Source of the DNA: Thermodesulfitimonas autotrophica
GTDB taxonomy: Bacteria > Bacillota > Desulfotomaculia > Desulfotomaculales > Ammonificaceae
DNA: 24,000 bases
Direction of reading: 5' to 3'
NCBI RefSeq assembly: GCF_003815015.1
Contig: NZ_RKRE01000001.1
Location: 46,460-70,459 of the forward strand
Below are positions 16,476-24,000 of this stretch, piece after piece; position 1 is the stretch's first letter; each line of letters opens with the position of its first letter. Both the position numbers and the translations under genes were made by a program. The notes under the pieces are model-generated. The model did no database searches. It saw only the letters and a program-made list of their open reading frames with translations, and was not told the DNA's origin.

Positions 16476-17324
16476 GTGGCGGTAATCCTCGACGGCAAGG
16501 CGCTTGCGGCCCAGATCAAAGAAGAGATTAAGGCCGCGGTGGCCGGGTATGCGTCCCGCGGGATAACGCCGAAGCTCACCGCAGTTCTGGTCGGCGACGA
16601 TCCGGGCTCGGTTGTTTACGCGCGGGCGAAAGAAAAGGCCTGTGCCGGGGTCGGGATCGCCTACGAGCTCCACCATCTTCCGGGCGATACGCCGGAGGCT
16701 GCGGTTATAGAACTGATCGGGCGGCTTAACGAAGATCCGGGCGTGCACGGTATCCTGGTAGAGTTTCCCCTCCCGAAACAGGTGAACAAGTGGCGGGTTC
16801 TCGATGCCCTGGCGCCGCTCAAAGATGTCGACGGGATGACGGCGGTTAACCGCGGCCGTCTCTTGGCGGGAGAAGAGGGGCTCTTCCCGGCGACGCCCCA
16901 GAGCTGCATCGAGATTATGGAGCGCTACGGGATTGAGATTGCCGGTAAGCACGCCGTACTGGTGGGGCGCGGGGAAACGGTGGGCCGGCCGCTGATGCTG
17001 ATGATGCTTCGCAAGAACGCCACCATTACGGTCTGCCATACGAAAACGGTGGATATGGCGGCCCATACCCGCCAGGCGGAGATTCTCATCGCCGCCGCCG
17101 GCCGGGCCGGGCTTATCAAGGCGGAGATGGTCAAGCCGGGAGCGGTAGTGGTCGATGCGGGGATTAACCAGACGGACAAGGGAATCTGTGGCGACGTCGA
17201 CTTTGAGGATGTGAAAGAGGTCGCGGGATACATCACGCCGGTACCGGGCGGCGTCGGGAGTCTGACCACCACACTGATCATGAAGAATCTCCTGAAGGCG
17301 ATGGCCCTGCAAGGGGTTGTGTAG
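16476..17324 (+). CDS. folD: Methylenetetrahydrofolate dehydrogenase / methenyltetrahydrofolate cyclohydrolase
   Basis: VILDGKALAAQIKEEIKAAV, KLTAVLVGDDPGS, GILVEFPLPKQVN, KDVDGMT..N.GRL, PVTP-like AVLVGRGETVGRPLMLMMLRKNATITVCHTKT, YITPVPGGVGSLTTTLIMKN. Start at GTG 16476, or possibly TTG 16470. Confidence 0.95.
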   Translation: MAVILDGKALAAQIKEEIKAAVAGYASRGITPKLTAVLVGDDPGSVVYARAKEKACAGVGIAYELHHLPGDTPEAAVIELIGRLNEDPGVHGILVEFPLPKQVNKWRVLDALAPLKDVDGMTAVNRGRLLAGEEGLFPATPQSCIEIMERYGIEIAGKHAVLVGRGETVGRPLMLMMLRKNATITVCHTKTVDMAAHTRQAEILIAAAGRAGLIKAEMVKPGAVVVDAGINQTDKGICGDVDFEDVKEVAGYITPVPGGVGSLTTTLIMKNLLKAMALQGVV

Positions 17325-17335
17325 GAGGCAGGAGC

Positions 17336-17974
17336 ATGGCGCAGGTTTTCGACTGGAGCATCAGGCAGTTCTTGAAGGAGGCCGCGTCAAGTGCCCCTAC
17401 GCCCGGCGGGGGAAGCGTAGCGGCACTGGCGGGCGCGCTGGCGGCGGCGATGGCCTCCATGGTTGCCAGCCTGACCGTCGGCAAGGATAAGTATAAGGAT
17501 GTGGAGCCGGAGATGCAGGCAATACTGGCCAGAACGGCGGCGTTGATCGAGGAGCTTGAGGCGTTGGTGGCGGCGGATATGGAGGCCTTCAACGCCTTTA
17601 TGGCGGTTTACAAGCTCCCGAAGGAGACGGAGGAGCAGAAGGCGGAGCGGGCGCGGCGGATGCAGGAAGCCCTGCTGCAGGCAACCGATACCCCGCTCAA
17701 GATCGCCAGCAGTTGCCTCGAGGTACTCCGGCTTGCCGAACAGGCGGCGTTGAAAGGGAACAAGGGCGCAGTAAGCGATGCGGGCGTGGCCGCGTACTTG
17801 GGCGAGGCGGCGCTTCAGGCCGCGCTGCTCAACGTTGACATCAATGTACCGCTTATCAAGGACGCGTCATACGCGGCGCAGGCGGTGACGAAGCGGGAGG
17901 AGTTAGGGCGCGAGGCGGTGAAAGCAAAGGAGCGGGCCGTGGCGGTCGTGAAGGAACGGCTTGCGGGCCGGTAA
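17336..17974 (+). CDS. fchA: Cyclodeaminase/cyclohydrolase family protein (FchA / formiminotetrahydrofolate cyclodeaminase-like)
   Basis: FLKEAASSAPTPGGGSVAALAGALAAAMASMVASLTVG, with TPLKIA, KGNKGAVSDAGVAA and A.LNVDINVPLIKD. Adjacent to folD. Confidence 0.88.
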   Translation: MAQVFDWSIRQFLKEAASSAPTPGGGSVAALAGALAAAMASMVASLTVGKDKYKDVEPEMQAILARTAALIEELEALVAADMEAFNAFMAVYKLPKETEEQKAERARRMQEALLQATDTPLKIASSCLEVLRLAEQAALKGNKGAVSDAGVAAYLGEAALQAALLNVDINVPLIKDASYAAQAVTKREELGREAVKAKERAVAVVKERLAGR

Positions 17975-17999
17975 GGTGGAGCCTATCCTGTAGTTAAGA

Positions 18000-18036
18000 C
18001 CCCCGGTTTCCTGCGGTGCGGGAGCGGGGGTTTTTT
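18000..18036 (+). terminator. Rho-independent terminator downstream of fchA
   Basis: CCCCCGG...GCGGGAGCGGGGG hairpin (ccccc 18000-18004 with ggggg 18026-18030) followed by TTTTTT (18031-18036). Confidence 0.75.
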
Positions 18037-18181
18037 GTGGGGCTTACCTACGGAACCCAGGCTCCCTGATTCGCGGGAAGCGGTGGGGAGGGACGCAGGC
18101 GATGGGAAAAATTTAAGGGGAAACTACCGGCGAAGTTTAAGAGGAAATGGGGCCTGCGTGACGAAGTCTCTATGATAGCCA

Positions 18182-18715
18182 ATGGAGAGAATAAGACCGG
18201 TGCCGGTAAAACCGGTGGTGAGCGTTTTCAGCGCGGATGAAGCGCTGCTAGCGGCGGTGGCCGGCGAGCTCGCCCGGTGGCTGGGCGGGCCCGACTACGA
18301 AAGCCCGTTGCTGTCGTTTGACCAGACCCGCTATTACGAACGGGAAATGGGGCCGGGGCTGAAGCGCAGGTTTTATGCTTTCTCCCGCCTCATCGACGCG
18401 GCAGAGTTGGTGGCGCTCAAACGCTGGGCCATCGAAGCGGAGGCGCGCTGGCGGTACGATGGGAGGCGGCGGGTGAACATTGACCCCGGCTACGTGAGCC
18501 TTGCGAAATTAGTCTTGGCGACCACCAAAGATAACGTACACCGGATTTATTTAGGGGAAGGCATCTACGCCGAGGTAACCCTTTACTTTTGCAAGGGGCG
18601 GTTTCATCCTTGGCCCTGGACCTACCCGGATTATGCCAGCCCGGAGTACCGCGCGATTTTCGAGCATATCCGGGAGCTTTACCGGGAGCAGTTGCGCGCC
18701 GCAAAACAGGGGTAA
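18182..18715 (+). CDS. DUF4416 family protein, function unknown
   Basis: PVKPVVSVFSADEALL..., YYEREMGPGLKRRFYAFSRLIDAAELVALK, NIDPGYVSLAKLVLATTKDNVHRIYLGEGIYAEVTLYFCKGRFHPWPWTYPDYASPEY, characteristic of DUF4416. Confidence 0.8.
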   Translation: MERIRPVPVKPVVSVFSADEALLAAVAGELARWLGGPDYESPLLSFDQTRYYEREMGPGLKRRFYAFSRLIDAAELVALKRWAIEAEARWRYDGRRRVNIDPGYVSLAKLVLATTKDNVHRIYLGEGIYAEVTLYFCKGRFHPWPWTYPDYASPEYRAIFEHIRELYREQLRAAKQG

Positions 18716-18779
18716 CTTCCCTACCGGCTGTATGCTATACTTTTGATTAGTGCTGGCTGCGGTGTGAGGGGTTTGGGAC

Positions 18780-19070
18780 GTGAGCCAGGAAAAAGAGCCT
18801 TCTTTTGAGGCGTGTCTTGGGCGGCTTGAGGCGATTGTCCGGGAGATCGAGGCGGGCAATCTCGACCTTGATACTGCCATTGCCCGGTTTACCGAAGGGA
18901 TGGAACTGGTGAAGCGGTGCCGGGCACTGCTTACCGCGGCGGAACAGAAGATATGCCTGCTCCTCGAGAATGAGGTGCAGGAAGGCGCTGCCGTTCCGGT
19001 AGAGAACCTGGCGAAGGAGCGCACCAATGGACTTCAAAGCGGCCCTATCAGAAAAAGCCCACCTGATTAA
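18780..19070 (+). CDS. xseB: Exodeoxyribonuclease VII small subunit
   Basis: SFEACLGRLEAIVREIEAGNLDLDTAIARFTEGMELVKRCRALLTAAEQKI, typical XseB. GTG start. Confidence 0.92.
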   Translation: MSQEKEPSFEACLGRLEAIVREIEAGNLDLDTAIARFTEGMELVKRCRALLTAAEQKICLLLENEVQEGAAVPVENLAKERTNGLQSGPIRKSPPD

Positions 19071-19917
19071 CCAAGCCCTCGATGCCTACCTTCCTCCGGA
19101 GTTGGCACCGCCGGTAGTCATTCACCAGGCGATGCGGTATAGCGTTCTCTCGGGTGGAAAGAGGCTTCGCCCGGCGCTGGTGCTGGGGGCGGCAGAGGCG
19201 GTTGGGGGCAGGGTCGAAGCTGTTCTTCCGGCTGCCTGCGGCATCGAGCTTATCCACTGCTACTCCCTGGTTCACGATGACCTGCCGGCGATGGACGACG
19301 ACGATTTGCGACGCGGGCGTCCCACTACCCACAAGGTCTTCGGCGAGGCGATCGCGATTTTAGCCGGGGATGCTCTCCTGACGCTCGGCTTTGAACTGCT
19401 CGCCCGGGCGGGGCTGGAAACGGATGTGTCGCCTGTAGATGCCCTTAAGGTGGTGCGGGAGGTAGCCGTTGCGGCGGGAACGGAAGGGATGGTAGGCGGG
19501 CAGGTGCTTGATATTAAGTCTCCGGAAGCGGGTGCTCCGGCAGAGCTGGTCAAGGAAATTCACCGCCGAAAAACGGCGGCGCTTTTCGTCGCTTCAGTCC
19601 GTACGGGGGCGATCCTTGCTCGCGCCTCTGAGGAAGCGCTGGCGGCCCTGACGCGCTTCGGCATGAGTTTCGGCCTCGCTTTTCAGATTACGGACGACAT
19701 TTTGGACGTGGTCGGGGAAGAGGCTAGGATGGGGAAGAGGGCCGGAAGCGACGCGCGGCAGAAAAAGCTTACCTATCCGGCGATTTTCGGCCTGGCGGCG
19801 GCGCGGGAGCGGGCCAGGGCGGCAGCCATGGAAGCGGTGGCGGCGGTAGAAGGGTTCGGCAGCGCGGCCGCGTTTTTGCGCGGGGCGGCGGAATTTATCC
19901 TGACGCGCGATTACTGA
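19027..19917 (+). CDS. ispA: Farnesyl/geranyl diphosphate synthase (polyprenyl synthetase family)
   Basis: First Asp-rich motif DDLPAMDDDDLRRGRPT and second motif DDILDVVG. GGKRLRPALVL and CGIELIHCYSLVHDDLP. Start overlaps the xseB 3' end. Confidence 0.95.
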   Translation: MDFKAALSEKAHLINQALDAYLPPELAPPVVIHQAMRYSVLSGGKRLRPALVLGAAEAVGGRVEAVLPAACGIELIHCYSLVHDDLPAMDDDDLRRGRPTTHKVFGEAIAILAGDALLTLGFELLARAGLETDVSPVDALKVVREVAVAAGTEGMVGGQVLDIKSPEAGAPAELVKEIHRRKTAALFVASVRTGAILARASEEALAALTRFGMSFGLAFQITDDILDVVGEEARMGKRAGSDARQKKLTYPAIFGLAAARERARAAAMEAVAAVEGFGSAAAFLRGAAEFILTRDY

Positions 19918-19974
19918 CGGCCGATTTTGCGCGCCGCTCATTTACAGGGCGAGCTGGCGGTACCTGGCGGGGGT

Positions 19975-20003
19975 TTGTTTATCCCGGCGGACTATGGTAT
20001 CAT
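19975..20003 (+). promoter_or_regulatory. Possible promoter upstream of the OLE RNA
   Basis: TTGTTT (19975-19980), 17-bp spacer, TATCAT (19998-20003). Located ~55 nt before the terminal helix of the RNA. Confidence 0.35.
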
Positions 20004-20057
20004 AGTTATCAAGGAGCGGGTTCCTTTGGGGGACCGCTATTATGCCCTTTGAAAATG

Positions 20058-20645
20058 AAAATGGGTAAGTGATGCAGTATCCTAGTCAGAACGCCTCCAC
20101 TGAAGGCGGGCCTAAAAATCCGCCAAGGGCACATCGATGAAGTTCCTGGTGCTGGCTGCTGGCGCCCAGCCGGGGGCTGGTACTGGGAGTTAAGGCGGAA
20201 GGGCGACCCGCAAAGGCATGCGGGCGTTGACCCTCCCGCCGCGGAGACCCAAGTGCGTGGGCTGACGCCTATGGCTTGGGATAGAACCTGTACGTGGTGG
20301 AAAGCTGCGTACAGCGTAGCCTGCCTTGAGTGGCCCGGGTGGATGCAAAGAAAAGCGGCCTCCGGGTATGGGCCCATCCCGGAGGTCCGCTAGCTGAAAC
20401 CCTGGCTGCAAAAGAGGCTAGGTGGAGGGCGGTTCTGTCGGGGAAAACCCCTAGGCTGTCCGGATTTCGGGGTGCTCCAGGGATTAAAGTGTATGCTTAG
20501 TGGCAATCCAGCCCCGGTTGCGGTGACGGACCGGGGACGCCCTTAAAGGGAAACCGCTGGCGCGGCGACGGCCAGTGGGCGTCCGGGAAATCCTGCTGGA
20601 CCTAAGCTACAGCGTTTACCTGGGGCGCTATCACTTACCCATTTT
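20058..20645 (+). ncRNA. ole: OLE RNA (ornate, large, extremophilic RNA)
   Basis: ~590-nt region without a supported ORF but with many GC-rich local helices. It is closed by a perfect 16-bp terminal helix: AAAATGGGTAAGTGAT (20058-20073) with ATCACTTACCCATTTT (20630-20645). It lies between ispA and an OapA-like membrane protein gene followed by dxs, the known OLE context. Size agrees with the ~600-nt class. Boundaries are based on the terminal helix only. Confidence 0.85.
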
Positions 20646-20677
20646 GAATTTACGGCCATTTTCGAGGTGAGAGCCGT

Positions 20678-21295
20678 TTGGGTAATAACCGGCCCCGCGG
20701 CGCTTTTGTGCGCCACCTGCTTTTTGTGCTTGCGGGGACTTTTACCGCTACCGTATCCTGCGCGCTAGTTTCGGAAACCTTTGTGCGCCGGATGGAGGCG
20801 GTTGGGCTTGCGGTTGGCTTTCTTTTTCTGATTATCGCGGTGAATATTATCTTCGATATCGTGGGCACGGCGGCTACGGCGGCTTCGGAGCCAACCTTTA
20901 ACGCGATGGCGGCGCGTAAGGTTTCCGGGGCTTCGGAAGGGCTCTGGCTGGTGCGGCATGCGGATAAGGTCGCCAATTTTGCGAACGATATAATCGGGGA
21001 TGTTGCGGGAACTGTTGCCGGCGCGCTCGGCATTTCGCTTATGACGCAGGTGTTGGTCCGGTGGCCGGAGCTGAACGAACTCTGGTTGAATATCCTGGTC
21101 ACAGCGGCTATCGCTTCCCTGACCGTGGTGGGAAAGGCTGCGGGCAAGCGGTTGGCGGTGAGCGAGCCGGACCAGGTTATTTTTTTGGCGGGGCGGATAA
21201 TGGCAGCCTGGGGGCGGATGAGGCCCCCATTTTGGCGCAAAAAGAGGGCGCTTAACAGGAAGGGGCGACAGTTTGAGCGTTCTCGAGCAGGTTAA
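20678..21295 (+). CDS. oapA: OLE-associated membrane protein OapA
   Basis: ~205-aa multi-TM protein ([90 protein letters not shown]) directly downstream of the OLE RNA. TTG start with SD GAGGTGA at 20664-20670. Confidence 0.82.
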   Translation: MGNNRPRGAFVRHLLFVLAGTFTATVSCALVSETFVRRMEAVGLAVGFLFLIIAVNIIFDIVGTAATAASEPTFNAMAARKVSGASEGLWLVRHADKVANFANDIIGDVAGTVAGALGISLMTQVLVRWPELNELWLNILVTAAIASLTVVGKAAGKRLAVSEPDQVIFLAGRIMAAWGRMRPPFWRKKRALNRKGRQFERSRAG

Positions 21296-23165
21296 CGCGC
21301 CGGAGGATCTGCGCCGGCTTAAAATAGAAGAGCTGAGTCAGCTGGCGGCCGAGCTCCGGGAGTTGATCATCGAAACGGTGGCTCAGACGGGCGGACACTT
21401 AGCGCCGAATCTCGGGGTGGTAGAGCTTACTATCGCGCTGCACCGGGTCTTCCAGGCGCCCCGGGATAAGATCGTTTGGGATGTTGGGCACCAGTGTTAC
21501 GCCCACAAGATCCTCACGGGCCGGCGGGAGCGCTTTGGCACGCTACGGCAGTTCGGCGGGATAAGCGGCTTCCCCTGCCGGGACGAGAGCGTTTATGACG
21601 CCTTTGGCGCCGGCCACGCCAGCACCTCCATTTCGGCGGCACTGGGCTTAGCGAAAGCCAGGGACTTTAACCAGGAGGATTACGCGGTGGTGGCGGTAAT
21701 TGGTGACGGGGCGCTAACAGGGGGTATGGCGCTGGAAGCGCTCAACCACGCGGGCCACATCAAGGCCAACTTCATCGTGGTCCTCAACGATAACGAGATG
21801 TCGATTTCGAAAAACGTTGGAGCCCTGGCCGGCTACCTCACCCGCCTCCGGACGGACCCTATGTACCACCGGTCCCGGGAGGAGTTTGAAGCCTTAATTC
21901 AAAAAATACCAGCAATCGGGCCGCGGATGCTCCGCGTGCTGGAACGCCTGAAGGACAGCGTGAAGTATCTGGTGGTTCCAGGGATGTTTTTTGAAGAGCT
22001 CGGTTATACCTACTTAGGACCTGTTGACGGCCACAGTATCCCGGCGCTGCTGCGGACCCTGGAAAAGGCAAAGGGCCTCAAGGGGCCGGTGCTGGTCCAC
22101 GTCGTCACGCGAAAGGGGAAGGGCTACCCGCCGGCGGAGAAGGACCCGGACACCTTTCACGGCGTTGGCCCCTTCAACCCGCTGACGGGTGAGGTCTATG
22201 GGGCGGGAAAGATAACCTATACGGAGGTCTTCGGCCAGACACTCGTCCGCCTCGCGGAAGAAGACCCCCGTATTGTCGCTATTACCGCGGCAATGACCAC
22301 CGGCACAGGACTCAAGACCTTCGCGCGGCGCTTTCCCCAGCGTTTCTTCGACGTCGGGATCGCGGAACAGCACGCCGTGACGTTGGCGGCCGGGCTCGCG
22401 GCCGGCGGCTGGCGGCCGGTGGTGGCCATCTATTCGACCTTTTTGCAGCGGGCCTACGACCAGATCGTGCACGACGTCTGCTTGCAGCGTTTGCCGGTCG
22501 TTTTTGCCCTTGACCGTGCCGGCATCGTGGGCGAGGACGGCGCGACGCACCAGGGGCTATTCGATATCGCCTACCTGCGCTCGATCCCCAATATGGCGCT
22601 GATGGCGCCGATGGACGAGAACGAACTGCAACACATGTTAAAGACGGCCTTGCTTTACGGCGGTCCCTGCGCGATCCGGTACCCGCGGGGCAGGGGAACG
22701 GGGTGCGCTTTAGAAAAGGAGCTGCGCCCGCTTCCCTTCGGCCAGGCGCTGGTCCTCCGGGACGGCAGAGACGTGAGCCTCTTCGCGCTCGGCAACACGG
22801 TCGCCGCGGCCCTTGAGGCGGCGGAGCGGCTGGCCACGCAGGGGATCGAGGCGGCGGTGGTCAACGCCCGTTTTGTAAAGCCTCTCGACGCTTCCCTCCT
22901 CCTGCGCTTTGCCCGGCGGACGCGACGGGTGGTGACAGTGGAGGAAGGCATCCTGGCGGGCGGTTTCGGTAGCGCGGTAGCTGAGCTCCTGATGGATAAC
23001 GGGCTCGGCAATGTGGAGCTCGTGCGGTTAGGGATCAACGATACCTTTGTCCCGCACGGCGCCCCGGCCCTCCTCCGGGAAAGGTACGGGCTTACGGCTG
23101 AGAACATCGTTGCCGCGGTTACCCAGTCACGGCGGCGGTTGCGGGTTGCCGCCAGGAAGAAGTGA
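21273..23165 (+). CDS. dxs: 1-deoxy-D-xylulose-5-phosphate synthase
   Basis: [98 protein letters not shown] start overlapping the oapA end. Confidence 0.97.
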   Translation: MSVLEQVNAPEDLRRLKIEELSQLAAELRELIIETVAQTGGHLAPNLGVVELTIALHRVFQAPRDKIVWDVGHQCYAHKILTGRRERFGTLRQFGGISGFPCRDESVYDAFGAGHASTSISAALGLAKARDFNQEDYAVVAVIGDGALTGGMALEALNHAGHIKANFIVVLNDNEMSISKNVGALAGYLTRLRTDPMYHRSREEFEALIQKIPAIGPRMLRVLERLKDSVKYLVVPGMFFEELGYTYLGPVDGHSIPALLRTLEKAKGLKGPVLVHVVTRKGKGYPPAEKDPDTFHGVGPFNPLTGEVYGAGKITYTEVFGQTLVRLAEEDPRIVAITAAMTTGTGLKTFARRFPQRFFDVGIAEQHAVTLAAGLAAGGWRPVVAIYSTFLQRAYDQIVHDVCLQRLPVVFALDRAGIVGEDGATHQGLFDIAYLRSIPNMALMAPMDENELQHMLKTALLYGGPCAIRYPRGRGTGCALEKELRPLPFGQALVLRDGRDVSLFALGNTVAAALEAAERLATQGIEAAVVNARFVKPLDASLLLRFARRTRRVVTVEEGILAGGFGSAVAELLMDNGLGNVELVRLGINDTFVPHGAPALLRERYGLTAENIVAAVTQSRRRLRVAARKK

Positions 23166-23968
23166 TGTCCGTCCGGCGGCGGTTGGACGTGGCCCTGGTG
23201 GAGAAAGGGTTTTTTGTTAGCCGCGAGCAGGCACGTCAGGCTATACTTGCCGGCTTAGTGTTCGTGAACGGCCTCTGCGTGCAGAAGCCGGGCCGTTTCG
23301 TTTCCGCCGCGGATAGAATGGAGGTGCGCGGGGAGGCGCTTCCCTACGTCTCCCGCGGGGGGCTGAAACTCGCGCACGCGCTACGTTTTTTTGGGGTTAA
23401 CCTCCGCGGGCTGGTGGTCATCGACGTGGGGGCATCAACAGGTGGTTTTACCGACTGCGCCCTTCAATTTGGAGCGCGGCGGGTTTTCGCGGTGGATGTC
23501 GGTTACGGGCAACTGGCCTGGAAATTGCGAACCGACCCGCGGGTCACCGTTCTCGAGCGGACCAACATCCGCCACCTTGCTCCCGAAGCGATTGACGAGC
23601 TTGCGGACTTCGCCACCGTCGATGTCAGTTTTATCTCGCTTGAAAAGGTTCTGCCTTGCGTAGGGGCACTACTAAAGCCGGAGGGGCAGGGCATTGCGCT
23701 GGTTAAGCCCCAGTTTGAAGCCGGGCGGGGCAAGGTGGGCAAAAAGGGTGTGGTGCGCGATCCGGCCACGCACGTGGCCGTCTGCGCGAAGATTATCGCC
23801 TTTATCGGCTCGCTCGGCTGGGAGGTGCGGGGCCTGACTTACTCGCCGCTACGCGGGCCGGAAGGCAACATCGAGTTTCTTGTCTACTTCAGTAAGGTTA
23901 CAGGGTGTCCGTGGGACGGCAAGGTGGAAGAGGTGGTGACGGCGGCCTGGCGCCACTTTAAAAGTTAA
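23165..23968 (+). CDS. tlyA: TlyA family rRNA (cytidine-2'-O)-methyltransferase / hemolysin A-like
   Basis: S4 domain RLDVALVEKGFFVSREQARQAILAGLVFVNG, YVSRGGLKLAHAL, VIDVGASTGGFTDCALQFGARRVFAVDVGYGQLAWKLR, DVSFISL, ALVKPQFEAGRGKVGKKGVVRD. ATG overlaps the dxs stop (TGATG). Confidence 0.95.
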   Translation: MSVRRRLDVALVEKGFFVSREQARQAILAGLVFVNGLCVQKPGRFVSAADRMEVRGEALPYVSRGGLKLAHALRFFGVNLRGLVVIDVGASTGGFTDCALQFGARRVFAVDVGYGQLAWKLRTDPRVTVLERTNIRHLAPEAIDELADFATVDVSFISLEKVLPCVGALLKPEGQGIALVKPQFEAGRGKVGKKGVVRDPATHVAVCAKIIAFIGSLGWEVRGLTYSPLRGPEGNIEFLVYFSKVTGCPWDGKVEEVVTAAWRHFKS

Positions 23969-24000
23969 CGGCCCCCCGGAATCCCTTAAAGCCGTTGGCT

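Noticed and set aside
16401-17312. - strand ORF of 303 aa opposite folD
   Set aside because: Shadow ORF of folD, whose motifs are unambiguous.
20009-20411. - strand ORFs (122 and 73 aa) across the OLE region
   Set aside because: The peptides are low-complexity and Pro/Arg-rich. The region has the context and terminal pairing of a non-coding RNA.
20650-21240. - strand ORF of 196 aa opposite oapA
   Set aside because: The + strand frame encodes a plausible membrane protein with an SD; the - frame is Ser/Thr/Arg-rich with no domain.
1-24000. CRISPR arrays, transposons, tRNA or rRNA genes, toxin-antitoxin or phage-defence modules
   Set aside because: No regularly spaced repeats, transposase-like ORFs, inverted terminal repeats with target duplications, tRNA-like cloverleafs or recognised defence domains were seen.

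Overview
The window looks like a chromosomal segment from a spore-forming, GC-rich, probably thermophilic or anaerobic Firmicute. Three blocks are visible. (1) + strand 1-777: the 3' end of spoIIIAG and a complete spoIIIAH. (2) - strand 782-9540: a [NiFe]-hydrogenase / heterodisulfide-reductase cluster, read in transcription order as hdrA-hdrC2-hdrB2-mvhD-mvhG-mvhA-(spacer with a strong nested RNA fold)-maturation protease-hdrC1-hdrB1. It has one hdrA but two divergent hdrBC pairs. (3) + strand 10079 to the end: a long housekeeping block with a carboxyltransferase fused to an entire AccB-like biotin carrier protein, accC, Asp23/Gls24, AmaP, DUF2273, nusB, xseA, folD, fchA, a DUF4416-type protein, xseB, ispA, a ~590-nt non-coding structured RNA that I assign to the OLE RNA class, its membrane partner gene oapA, dxs and tlyA. 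The most interesting points are the OLE RNA locus (closed by a perfect 16-bp terminal helix), the duplicated HdrBC modules with active-site-proximal divergence (Cys-His versus Cys-Leu), an unusual L1 motif in the hydrogenase large subunit, a nested hairpin element between mvhA and its maturation protease gene, and the OadA/PycB-AccB fusion. I found no CRISPR array, mobile element, tRNA or rRNA. No entirely new defence-like system is evident.
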